Assembly: GCA_035299085.1 (NCBI GenBank)
Contig: DATGXG010000026.1
Location: forward strand, 10,568 to 74,567
Direction of reading: 5' to 3'
Source of the DNA: Bacteroidales bacterium
GTDB lineage: Bacteria > Bacteroidota > Bacteroidia > Bacteroidales > UBA10428
Length of the DNA: 64,000 nucleotides
The notes below the pieces were generated by a model. The model was given only the letters and a program-made list of their open reading frames with translations. It did not search any database and was not told the DNA's origin. The first letter of the stretch is position 1, and each line of letters starts with the position of its first letter. Positions 1-8,622 of the stretch are shown here, piece after piece. A program made the position numbers and the translations under genes.

Positions 1-344
1 CATCCTGCACTCCATATTGTAAAGCTTCTTTTACCGGTTTTCTGAATCAACCGCTCAATACCTTCTTCAAGCAGATAATCAAAATGACCCGGTTCACGAA
101 AAAAATCGGTTTTGTTGGTCGTTACTGCATCAATCATCAGGGTGATCTCATTATGATCGCCTGATGAAAAGGCATAATCAACATATTCTTTGAAATTGCT
201 GAAATGTAATGCCTGTAGTCTTTTTTGCAGCCTGCATTGTAGAAGGGTCTTTTTAACGGGTGGTAGTTTTATCCCGTACTGGCTCATGATAAATGAGCTG
301 AGTCTCTTATATTCCCTTTCTTCTAGTTGTATTATATCAGCCAT
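1..344 (-). CDS. cheR: Chemotaxis protein methyltransferase CheR, N-terminal part (gene runs off the left window edge)
   Basis: Absent from the ORF track because there is no stop in the window. Manual minus-strand translation from the ATG at 344..342 gives MADIIQLEEREYKRLSSFIMSQYGIKLPPVKK...TNKTDFFREPGHFDYL...SFTIWSAGC. This covers the CheR N-terminal helical domain, the TxFFRE motif and the start of the IWSAGC SAM-binding motif. Confidence 0.85.
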   Translation of the reverse strand, partial: MADIIQLEEREYKRLSSFIMSQYGIKLPPVKKTLLQCRLQKRLQALHFSNFKEYVDYAFSSGDHNEITLMIDAVTTNKTDFFREPGHFDYLLEEGIERLIQKTGKRSFTIWSAG

Positions 345-345
345 A

Positions 346-513
346 TCAGGCAAGATCGGTATTTTCCCACATCATTGTTTTTTGGTGAAATCGCTGAACA
401 GGCGGTTGACCGGAAAGGTCATCGTTGCTGACAATCGAAGCTAAAATTCTTTCCACTTCACTCCTGAGATCAGTTAATTCATCTTTCAAAACCGGCGTAC
501 TCTTTTCCATCAT
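346..513 (-). CDS. Small hypothetical ORF (55 aa) between cheY and cheR
   Basis: Manual translation gives MMEKSTPVLKDELTDLRSEVERILASIVSNDDLSGQPPVQRFHQKTMMWENTDLA. Its ATG overlaps the cheY stop (ATGA at 510..513). Its TGA (346..348) lies 1 nt before the cheR ATG. It is below the ORF-track size cutoff and has no recognisable domain. Confidence 0.35.
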   Translation of the reverse strand: MMEKSTPVLKDELTDLRSEVERILASIVSNDDLSGQPPVQRFHQKTMMWENTDLA

Positions 514-872
514 GATAAAACTTTTTCGATCATTTTTTTAAATTCACTTATTTCAAAGGGCTTCCTGATCCATGCGGTGATCATGGCTTCTTTTGCCTTC
601 TGTTGCTTTTCTATGTTGGTATCGGTGGATAATACAAAAATGGGAACATATTTGTACACTTCACTGTTTCTTATATTTTTTATCAGTTCAGCACCGTTCA
701 TATTGGGCATGTTGTAATCGGTTATCAGCAGGTCCACCGGCCTGCCGTCAAATAAACCCAATGCTTCTTTTCCGTCAGAAGCTTCATCAACATGATATCC
801 CATGTTTTCAAGGGTCTTTTTGATTATTTGCCGTGAGGTGTTAAAGTCTTCAGCAATTACGATTCTTTTCAT
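510..872 (-). CDS. cheY: CheY-like single-domain response regulator (paralog 1)
   Basis: 120 aa and receiver domain only. Acidic pocket IAEDF, phosphoacceptor context LLITDYNMPNMNG, conserved ST (VLSTDT) and KP (IRKPF). Confidence 0.85.
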   Translation of the reverse strand: MKRIVIAEDFNTSRQIIKKTLENMGYHVDEASDGKEALGLFDGRPVDLLITDYNMPNMNGAELIKNIRNSEVYKYVPIFVLSTDTNIEKQQKAKEAMITAWIRKPFEISEFKKMIEKVLS

Positions 873-973
873 TATGAATATTTTTGCAGGGGTTTCTATG
901 GGTATACGTGAACATTAAAATGGGTTTACAGTTATAAGGAAAAAAATTTCAAGTATTTTATAACTATTTTTAA

Positions 974-1010
974 ATGTCAAAGTACAAATAATTATATGTC
1001 AGATGACATA
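974..1010. promoter_or_regulatory. Candidate operator: three ATGTCA half-sites, two forming the inverted repeat TATGTCA-GA-TGACATA
   Basis: Seen directly. ATGTCA occurs at 974..979, and the palindrome TATGTCAGATGACATA at 995..1010. It lies in the 193-nt divergent region between cheY (starts at 872, minus) and the Crp/Fnr gene (starts at 1066, plus). Confidence 0.25.
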
Positions 1011-1065
1011 ATACTATGCAGCTTTAATTGACCTGTTTCTGTTTCTCACTGTAAATGAAGTCATC

Positions 1066-1758
1066 ATGCCCGAAGTGTCCCATGAAAAGCAATGTAAGGA
1101 ATGCACCCTGGATTGTGTTTTTTCTTCTGTCCATGCCAAAGAACTGTCCGGTTTTCAGAATTATAAACGTGAAATTATTTTCAGAAAAGGTGAAACGCTT
1201 GTTAAGCAGGGAAGCATTCAGTCCACCATCCTGTTCATCAATGAAGGGTTTGTCAAACATACGATCGAAGGATATCACAATAAAGATGTCATCATCCGGT
1301 TATCCGGGAAGAACGAATACATTGGGCTGAACCTGTTATCATGGAAAAATGAGTCATTATACACCACGGAAGCTTTAAAAAAGACACGGGTATGCATGAT
1401 TGAATCGTCGTACTTCAGAAAACTTTATACAAATTATCCTGTTCTTTTTCTGCGGTTATTTACGAATTTCAGTGAAGAGCTTGATTACCTGTACGAAAGA
1501 CTAAAGATTATCGGTACAAGAAATATGCAGGGAAAACTGGCATCCGCCCTTCTTTACCTGTCGGATTATGGTCAGAAACAAGAAGACATTTATTCGCATA
1601 TTACACGAAAAGATCTGGCTGAACTTTCAGGAATGTCTGTTGAGAGCATGGTCCGGATGTTGAATGAATTTAAGCATGAAAAGCTGATTCAGATAAAGGG
1701 GAAGAATATTTTGCTCAATAATCCGGATATGGTCAGGATTCTATGCCGAGTAGGTTGA
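1066..1758 (+). CDS. Crp/Fnr-family transcription regulator with an N-terminal Cys cluster (FNR-like)
   Basis: 230 aa. cNMP-binding-type beta-roll (FRKGETLVKQGS...), C-terminal HTH (TRKDLAELSGMSVESMVRMLNEFK). Cys at residues 10, 13, 17 (CKECTLDC) and 110. Confidence 0.8.
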   Translation: MPEVSHEKQCKECTLDCVFSSVHAKELSGFQNYKREIIFRKGETLVKQGSIQSTILFINEGFVKHTIEGYHNKDVIIRLSGKNEYIGLNLLSWKNESLYTTEALKKTRVCMIESSYFRKLYTNYPVLFLRLFTNFSEELDYLYERLKIIGTRNMQGKLASALLYLSDYGQKQEDIYSHITRKDLAELSGMSVESMVRMLNEFKHEKLIQIKGKNILLNNPDMVRILCRVG

Positions 1759-2254
1759 TCGAATTCCAGTTAGTTGCTGATTTGATTTCTCTCAGGAAGC
1801 TGCAGCTGATCACACCGGCGAGAGTATCAAATACAACCTTTCTGCCTTTGTGACCTCCTACCTCTACCGAATTGACAACCAGGTTATGCTCTTTTACAAA
1901 GTCATAAGCTGCCCCGATATTCTTTTCAGCCACGTTAATGGTTGAATTCTCAATCCGCAATACAGAAGCACCACCGTATATTCTTACAAATATCCTGTTC
2001 TTCCTGGCCCCGGCCTGTATCATTTTATTCAGTAAAATCCTGAGAGAAGTGTCGCCGTATTTCAACGGGAGATCATCTTCTTTTTTATAAAAAGGCATCA
2101 TGTAATGATTCATGCCGCCGATCTTCATTTCCCTGTCATACATGCATACTGAAACACATGAACCCAGCACCGTAGATATCTTCATAGGTTCTGATGTAAC
2201 AATAAGTTCTCCGGGAAGGAGGTAGGTTATTTCATTGCATATAAACTCTGCCAT
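1733..2254 (-). CDS. cheD: Chemoreceptor glutamine deamidase CheD
   Basis: 173 aa. Contains VLGSCVSVCMYD (the CheD catalytic Cys context), GGMNHYMMP and IYGGASV. It is the last gene of the main che operon. Confidence 0.85.
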   Translation of the reverse strand: MAEFICNEITYLLPGELIVTSEPMKISTVLGSCVSVCMYDREMKIGGMNHYMMPFYKKEDDLPLKYGDTSLRILLNKMIQAGARKNRIFVRIYGGASVLRIENSTINVAEKNIGAAYDFVKEHNLVVNSVEVGGHKGRKVVFDTLAGVISCSFLREIKSATNWNSINLLGIES

Positions 2255-2299
2255 ATGCTTTCGTTTACGTCGGAATCACTTTTTTTGTTTGATTCAAAA

Positions 2300-3544
2300 T
2301 TAAAATCTGTAGAAGATAGTCGTCAGTAAACGGGTGTTCTGAACATAAACAGGATTGGCCAGTTTACCGTCAGGACTGCCGGTGCCATAGCCTGCACGCG
2401 TGTATTCCAGTTCGATTCCGGCATTAACAGGTCCTGCTTTAATCAGAAACCGGGGAGAGACTCTGAAAACACTCTTTACAGGCATTCCCATGGTGAAATA
2501 GAATGGCCCTTTTACATCTGACGCAGCACCTATGCATTCTGAATATCCGGCAAAAATACCTGTCTGAAATTTGTCATTCTGATAGCTAATTTCTGACCAT
2601 ATTGATGCTGTGCTTAAGGGCTCATAGCTTACAATTCCTTTTAAACTGTTGATTGTGTCTTTTACAACATATCCTCCGATACCCAGCAGATCGCTGCCAT
2701 TTTCAAGATAAACACCTTCAATCTTCCAGGTAAGTCTACGCAATACATATTTAAGATAGAATTCTGCCGAAATACCATCCACAGTACTAGAAGTCTGGTA
2801 CCCTTTCCCAGTCTTTATTTCAGGTTTGATTTTCTTATATCCGATATTGGTTCCTATCACTGTTTCGGTTGTACCTTTAATTCGTATCTCAGCCGAAACA
2901 ATTAAGTCGGGCATATGTGAATCTCTGAGATATTTGGAAGAGGTGCCTTCTGGTCCGTTCGAGCAATAATCCCTTTGTGTCAGCATTGTAAAACTTAACC
3001 GGAAGATTCCGGGCAGGTATGAAAATCCAACCTGGGGAGCTCTTGAAAAGGGCGCTATTGGTGATCCCGTATTAAATGAGAGCGTTGAAGGAAAGCATGA
3101 AGTGGCAAAAAACGGGTGCCAAGACTGACCTGCAATGATTTCCGCCTTCTCCCACCGTAATTTAAGATATGCATGCCGAAGTCGCAGCATATTTGTATTG
3201 GCATTGCTTCCCCCGAAAAAATCACCTTCAACAAGGCCGGAGACTTTCGCTTTGCCGACTTCAATTTCTGAAACGCTAACGGACAGATTGGATTGAATAG
3301 GCAGGAAATTTAAGGATGGTGCATCATTCAGATCTTTATGATCAGGATCAAATGATTGAGAAGCAGGATACAAAAGAAAATGTCCTTCACGTGCATTCAC
3401 TGTCTGGCGTGTATCGTAAAACAGATCTGTTTTTATCAACCCGGAAACTTTAACAGTGGCCGTATTGTTATTCTGACCGTTAACCAGGCTAAAGCCGGGT
3501 AACAGGAATATCAGGACTGAAAATGCAACATTCTTCATTATCAC
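2300..3544 (-). CDS. Outer-membrane beta-barrel / porin-like protein encoded inside the che operon
   Basis: 414 aa. Signal peptide MIMKNVAFSVLIFLLPGFSLVNGQ. Alternating beta-strand pattern throughout and a C-terminal aromatic terminus ...TTIFYRF. Its start overlaps the cheW stop by 4 nt (3541..3544). The family assignment (DUF1597-like porin) is only a guess. Confidence 0.6.
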   Translation of the reverse strand: MIMKNVAFSVLIFLLPGFSLVNGQNNNTATVKVSGLIKTDLFYDTRQTVNAREGHFLLYPASQSFDPDHKDLNDAPSLNFLPIQSNLSVSVSEIEVGKAKVSGLVEGDFFGGSNANTNMLRLRHAYLKLRWEKAEIIAGQSWHPFFATSCFPSTLSFNTGSPIAPFSRAPQVGFSYLPGIFRLSFTMLTQRDYCSNGPEGTSSKYLRDSHMPDLIVSAEIRIKGTTETVIGTNIGYKKIKPEIKTGKGYQTSSTVDGISAEFYLKYVLRRLTWKIEGVYLENGSDLLGIGGYVVKDTINSLKGIVSYEPLSTASIWSEISYQNDKFQTGIFAGYSECIGAASDVKGPFYFTMGMPVKSVFRVSPRFLIKAGPVNAGIELEYTRAGYGTGSPDGKLANPVYVQNTRLLTTIFYRF

Positions 3545-4023
3545 TGGGCTGCTTTTTCAGTGATTTCAGAAAGTTCATTTACACTCAACACATGATCCGT
3601 ATTCATTACCATAATGAATCTGCCATCACGTTCGATGAAACCGTCAAGGAATTCCGGGTTATATTTAATACCCAGGTCAGGAACCGATTTAATTTCCTTA
3701 AAATCGAATTCGATCACATCAGTTACCTGGTCAACAATTAATCCCATTAATACTATTTTATCATTTGAATTAATTTCCACAATAACCACCATTTTCTCAG
3801 CCAATTCATTATTCTCAATTTTAAAACGTTTATGCATATCAATAACTGGCACAATCGATCCCCTGAAATTAATTACACCGGGTACATATTCTGAAGAATC
3901 CGGTATCCGTGTTATTTTATCAAACTGAATGATTTCTAAAACCTGGTAGACACTGATGGCAAAATTCTCTGTGCCGATCTCCAGATTTATATAGCTCGTT
4001 TTTTTATCTATATCTGTAATCAT
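3541..4023 (-). CDS. cheW: Chemotaxis coupling protein CheW
   Basis: 160 aa single CheW-like domain (ITRIPDSSEYVPGVINFRGSIVPVIDMHKRF...GLIVDQVTDV). Confidence 0.9.
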   Translation of the reverse strand: MITDIDKKTSYINLEIGTENFAISVYQVLEIIQFDKITRIPDSSEYVPGVINFRGSIVPVIDMHKRFKIENNELAEKMVVIVEINSNDKIVLMGLIVDQVTDVIEFDFKEIKSVPDLGIKYNPEFLDGFIERDGRFIMVMNTDHVLSVNELSEITEKAAQ

Positions 4024-4026
4024 TGT

Positions 4027-6021
4027 TTAGTCTTTAAGTTTTGTGATATGATTAAAAAGAAAATTGGTATCCAGGATGAAGGCAAGGTCGCCATCCACCA
4101 GGATACTACCGCCTGAAAAATAAGGCTGGTTAACAAACAACTCACCTAATGGCTTAATAACAGCCTGGTGTTCTCCGACGATTTCATCGGCGATAATGGC
4201 GTATCGTCTGTCAAATTTGTTGATCACAACCACCATCTGGTCCTTCGATACCGATGAAGTGTAGCGAAACTGTTCCCGCAGAGAGACAAGGGGAATCGGG
4301 TGATTTTTATATTCCAGGTAACGATTATCCCTTTTATTCAGAATCTGCTGTTTTTCCCTGTAACAGTATTCAATATCCATTACCGGAATCAGGACTTTGG
4401 TTTCAGCAATATTCACCATCAGGGTATCCACAATTGTTAGTGTTGTGGGAAGCTTCATTGTAATTGATGTTCCCAGGTCCTTTTCAGTGAAGACTTCCAG
4501 ACTGCCACCCACACCGTTTAGCTCCTTTCTTACTACATCCATTCCAACGCCCCGGCCTGAAACAATGCTTACATTCTCATTCGTGGTGAAGCCGGGTTCC
4601 ATGATCATGGTGATCAATTCATCTTTTGTAACTACCTGGTCCTGTGTAATGAATCCCTTTTTAATAGCACATTCCCTCACACGGTCAAGGTTAATCCCGC
4701 TTCCGTCGTCCTGAACCTGAATGATAACGCTGGCGCCTGAATAAAAGGCGGTGATTTTTAGCAACCCTTCCTTTTTTTTGCCCTTTGCCAGTCGCTCTTC
4801 GGAAAATTCAATCCCGTGGTCAATGCTATTCCGTATTATATGCTGTAATGGACTTTCAATTGATTTAAGAATGGTTTTATCAATCTCTATATCCTGGCCT
4901 TCGATAAGCAGTTGCACATTTTTCCCCAGATCCCTTGAGAGATCCCTTACCTGCCTTTTAAACTTATTCAACAAACTGCCAACAGGTATAAGTCGCAGAT
5001 CAAGAGCATTGTTTCTGAACTTTTTTGTCAACTTCTCGATGTTTTCAAGGGCATTGTTAAGTTTGGAATCATTATACACCATAGCTCTTGCCTGAACAGT
5101 AGCGGTTTCAGTAACCAGCTCACTAACCAGGTTCATTAATTCATCCAGTTTATGCGATGAAACATTTACAGTTGTTTCAGTATCGGTTTTTACGGTTTCA
5201 GCCTGCACCTGGTTTGATGGTTCCTGAATGGCAGCGGCAACTGCTTCCTCTTTCACAATCTCAGGTAGTTTCTGAAGGTATTGACGGATATGTGCCGTTA
5301 TATCTTTCTTGTTTTTATATAACTTTTTAATCTTCAAATAAACATGGCCTTCAGGTTCAATAGATTCAGCGGTTACCGGCAGGACGCAAAATTCATCCTG
5401 TTCGTAGAAAAGAAATATATCATTCAGCTGTTCACGTGAAACGGTACTTCTAAGGTAAACTTCCCAGGAAGTAGTACAAATTTTTTCACGGTCAGAAGTA
5501 TTCTTTAATTTCCCCTTGTCATGAATGATGCAAACAAGTTGTCCGGACTGTTTCAATTCTTCAATTGAGTTCTCGGGTTTTAAGCCCCGCTCAAACACAT
5601 TCTTATCTGGTGTAAAAAGAATGACATAAGTATCCGTTTCATTTTCCTGAGAAACGGATTCCGGAGTATCAAGTTCATTGTGCAATCGCTTAAGATCATA
5701 ATCTGCCTCACTTTTTTTACCGTCAAGCATGGCCAGCATAGTATCTTTAGCCTTAAGGGTAGTATCAATGATCCGGCTGTCTGCCTTTAATTCCCCGTCC
5801 CTGATCTTCGAATAGAGGTTTTCAAATTCATGTGTAAGTCCCTGGATATTCCTGAACCCGACCATACCGGCCGAGCCTTTCAGGGTGTGCATGATTCTGA
5901 AAATACTATTGATAATCTCCGGATTGAGCGGATTCTGTTCCAGCCTCATGAGGTCATCCTCAAGTTGCATCAGCAATTCCTTTGCTTCTGTAACAAATCC
6001 CTGTATGAATTCATCTATCAT
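4027..6021 (-). CDS. cheA: Chemotaxis histidine kinase CheA
   Basis: 664 aa. N-terminal Hpt with MHTLKGSAGMVGF, dimerisation region, HATPase (IRNSIDHGIE..., DDGSGIN, GRGVGMDVV) and a C-terminal CheW-like domain. Overlaps the upstream cheY by 4 nt. Confidence 0.9.
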   Translation of the reverse strand: MIDEFIQGFVTEAKELLMQLEDDLMRLEQNPLNPEIINSIFRIMHTLKGSAGMVGFRNIQGLTHEFENLYSKIRDGELKADSRIIDTTLKAKDTMLAMLDGKKSEADYDLKRLHNELDTPESVSQENETDTYVILFTPDKNVFERGLKPENSIEELKQSGQLVCIIHDKGKLKNTSDREKICTTSWEVYLRSTVSREQLNDIFLFYEQDEFCVLPVTAESIEPEGHVYLKIKKLYKNKKDITAHIRQYLQKLPEIVKEEAVAAAIQEPSNQVQAETVKTDTETTVNVSSHKLDELMNLVSELVTETATVQARAMVYNDSKLNNALENIEKLTKKFRNNALDLRLIPVGSLLNKFKRQVRDLSRDLGKNVQLLIEGQDIEIDKTILKSIESPLQHIIRNSIDHGIEFSEERLAKGKKKEGLLKITAFYSGASVIIQVQDDGSGINLDRVRECAIKKGFITQDQVVTKDELITMIMEPGFTTNENVSIVSGRGVGMDVVRKELNGVGGSLEVFTEKDLGTSITMKLPTTLTIVDTLMVNIAETKVLIPVMDIEYCYREKQQILNKRDNRYLEYKNHPIPLVSLREQFRYTSSVSKDQMVVVINKFDRRYAIIADEIVGEHQAVIKPLGELFVNQPYFSGGSILVDGDLAFILDTNFLFNHITKLKD

Positions 6022-6383
6022 GCCAGAACTTTTTGAACCAGTTTCTTAAATTCAGTTATCTCAAAGGGTTTCCTTATCCAGGCAGTGATTTTTGCATCTC
6101 TTGCCCTTGCTTGTTTATCGATGTTCGTTTCAGTGGAGAGTACGAAAATCGGTATATATTTGTATACTTCTGTGCTTCGGATGTATTCTACAAGCGATCC
6201 CCCATCCATGTTTGGCATGTTGTAATCTGTAATCACAAGGTCAATTGTGCTTCCGTCGAAATATCGCGTGGCATCTCTTCCGTCAGCGGCCTCATCAACC
6301 ATATGCCCCATGCCTTCCAGAGTTTTTTTTATAATCTGTCTCGAGGTATTAAAATCCTCTACTACAATGATTCTCTTTTTCAT
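6018..6383 (-). CDS. cheY: CheY-like single-domain response regulator (paralog 2)
   Basis: Receiver domain very similar to the 510..872 product (VVEDFNTSRQIIKKTLE, VITDYNMPNMDG, VLSTET, IRKPF). I place the start at MKKRIIVVED (6383) rather than the ORF-track start at 6407, which would overlap the MCP stop. Confidence 0.85.
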   Translation of the reverse strand: MKKRIIVVEDFNTSRQIIKKTLEGMGHMVDEAADGRDATRYFDGSTIDLVITDYNMPNMDGGSLVEYIRSTEVYKYIPIFVLSTETNIDKQARARDAKITAWIRKPFEITEFKKLVQKVLA

Positions 6384-6403
6384 AACGAACAGGATTTCAG
6401 AAA

Positions 6404-8455
6404 TCAAAAGTTTTCGAAATCCTTGTCTGATGAAGCCACAGTCCCCAAAGTTTTCTTTGGTTCATGATGAAGGGTTTCCCTGATTTTAGAAGAAGCAGCC
6501 TTAGTTTGAGTTGCGTGTTTTTTGAAATTGTTTTCCCCGTACTTTTTCTGGATTTTATCTTCATCACCAACTTTGAAATAGGCGACAGCTTCTTTCAATG
6601 TTTCAGCCTGAGCGGATAGTTCTTCGGCACTGGTTGCCATTTCTTCAGAAGATGCAGCATTTTGCTGGGTAACGATATTCAATTGTTGAATGGCACTGTT
6701 TATCTGGTCAGCTCCTGAATTCTGCTCAACACTTGCTGCTGTAATTTCCTGGACCAGTTGTGAAGTTTTCTGTATTTCCGGTACCAAAGCCTCGAGAGAT
6801 TCGCGTGATTTTTCGGTAATCTTCAGACTATTCCTGGACAGGCTTTCAATTTCATCAGCTGCCAGTTTGCTTCTTTCAGCCAGCTTACGCACTTCAGCAG
6901 CCACCACAGCAAATCCGCGTCCGTGTTCACCGGCTCTTGCCGCTTCAACAGCTGCATTCAAAGCAAGAAGATTTGTCTGGAATGCGATATCATTAATAAT
7001 TGTTATTTTTTCAGCAATAGTCTGAATGGTGTCAAAACTTTCCCTTCCTATTTTGCTCATTTCTATCATACTATCGGTTGCCTTTCCGGAAATGTTCTCG
7101 GTTTGCCTTGCATTATCGGTATTTTGCTGGATATTGCTGACCATTTCTTCCATCGACGAAGAGATTTCCTCTGTAGATGAAGCCTGTTCAGTGGCTCCCT
7201 GTGATAACTGCTGTGAACCATTGCTGATTTGTGAACTGGCAGCGGCAATACTGTCGGCACCTGTTCTGATATTCAGCACAATTTCCCTCAATTTATCGAG
7301 CATTTGTGTAAGAGAATCTGCCAGATCTCCTATTTCATCATGCTGATCAACTATTAATGTAGCTGTAAGGTCGCCGCGTGAAATTTTCTTTGCAAATTCA
7401 ACACCCTGTTTAAGTGCACGGGTTATAGAACGGCTTAATGCAACAGTAATGATAATAAATATTCCTATTCCGATAAGTACTGCAACAAGAATGGCATATG
7501 TGGTTCTTCTTACAATTTTCAGAAATTCATCCTGGAAGATACTAGCGGCAACATATGATTCAATTTCAGGTAGATATTTATAATATTGTTTTTTAACTCT
7601 GCCTTCCCAAGAGTATTTTCCTGATCCATAGCCGCTCTTGTCATTTTGAAGCTGCTTGAAGAATTCGCTGTCTTTTTCGTTTGAACCTTCCTTGGTTGGA
7701 TGGATTATTAGGTTACCGGTATTGTCAACCAAAAAAGGATATCCTGAATCGAAATACTTTTTTGAACTAAAGTATTCTTTCAGAGAACTCATATCTTTCT
7801 CCGGTGTTCCTGTTGCCACTACCAGTTGTGTCCCGTCATTGAGTGTAAAACCTTTATAAGCTGTTAAATACCACTCGTCTAATACAACGGCACGGTCAAC
7901 AAATTCTTCGCCTTTGTCAAGCGCTAAAGCAACAGGTGAATCATTAGGAATCAAAGTATTAATTGCCCGGTTGCCATCCTTTTGGATAACAGATGTTGAG
8001 ATCCTGACATATCCGGCGTTTGTTTTTTGAAGAATGGTACAGACAACACCGGTTAGTTTAGAAACTTCATCCACATAAGTAGTACTATTATATAAACTAT
8101 TGCCATTAATTGTTACTTTTTTAATCTGAAGTTGCTGAACTTCTTTTGTAGACTGGTTTTTAGCTTGTATATCAAAAGATTGTCCGGTTGAAACCACATG
8201 GTTGTTTGTAAAAATCAGGTCAATTCCTACATCAGTGGCGCGCCTGGTTGTGTTTTGACCCTGTTTGATCTGTTCTTTAATAATTGAAGCCAGATCATTC
8301 ACCTGTTCAAACATTCGGGTATCTGTGTCATTAACAAGCTGCCTTCTTTGTGAGGTTATAGTATAAACCCCCAGCAACGAAATGATGACCACAAAAGCAA
8401 GGTTGAAAACAAGGTTCAACCTTGCACCAATCTTTAAATCATTTAATTTTTTCAT
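6404..8455 (-). CDS. Methyl-accepting chemotaxis protein with a large periplasmic Cache-like sensor
   Basis: 683 aa. TM1 ([18 protein letters not shown]), a roughly 280-aa extracytoplasmic domain with Cache-like motifs ([26 protein letters not shown]), TM2, HAMP ([13 protein letters not shown]), and an MCP signalling hairpin ([40 protein letters not shown]). Confidence 0.9.
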   Translation of the reverse strand: MKKLNDLKIGARLNLVFNLAFVVIISLLGVYTITSQRRQLVNDTDTRMFEQVNDLASIIKEQIKQGQNTTRRATDVGIDLIFTNNHVVSTGQSFDIQAKNQSTKEVQQLQIKKVTINGNSLYNSTTYVDEVSKLTGVVCTILQKTNAGYVRISTSVIQKDGNRAINTLIPNDSPVALALDKGEEFVDRAVVLDEWYLTAYKGFTLNDGTQLVVATGTPEKDMSSLKEYFSSKKYFDSGYPFLVDNTGNLIIHPTKEGSNEKDSEFFKQLQNDKSGYGSGKYSWEGRVKKQYYKYLPEIESYVAASIFQDEFLKIVRRTTYAILVAVLIGIGIFIIITVALSRSITRALKQGVEFAKKISRGDLTATLIVDQHDEIGDLADSLTQMLDKLREIVLNIRTGADSIAAASSQISNGSQQLSQGATEQASSTEEISSSMEEMVSNIQQNTDNARQTENISGKATDSMIEMSKIGRESFDTIQTIAEKITIINDIAFQTNLLALNAAVEAARAGEHGRGFAVVAAEVRKLAERSKLAADEIESLSRNSLKITEKSRESLEALVPEIQKTSQLVQEITAASVEQNSGADQINSAIQQLNIVTQQNAASSEEMATSAEELSAQAETLKEAVAYFKVGDEDKIQKKYGENNFKKHATQTKAASSKIRETLHHEPKKTLGTVASSDKDFENF

Positions 8456-8622
8456 GAGATGTAGTAATTTGTAATTATTTCAGACGTTCTTGTTTACGAC
8501 GTTGAATACTACAATTCTTTAGTTATCTTTGCTTAATTTAAACCGGGTATAAAAGGAAAATAAAACCGGTACAAATAGGAAATTCTTACCAGTAAGAATA
8601 CTTAGGGAAAAATTGCAGGTAT

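Noticed and set aside
190-444. 84-aa plus-strand ORF at the left edge, plus various 60-140-aa antisense ORFs inside cheA, the MCP gene, copA, GH3, tamB, recN and others
   Set aside because: Each lies antisense to, or out of frame within, a long CDS with clear family motifs, and none has recognisable motifs of its own.
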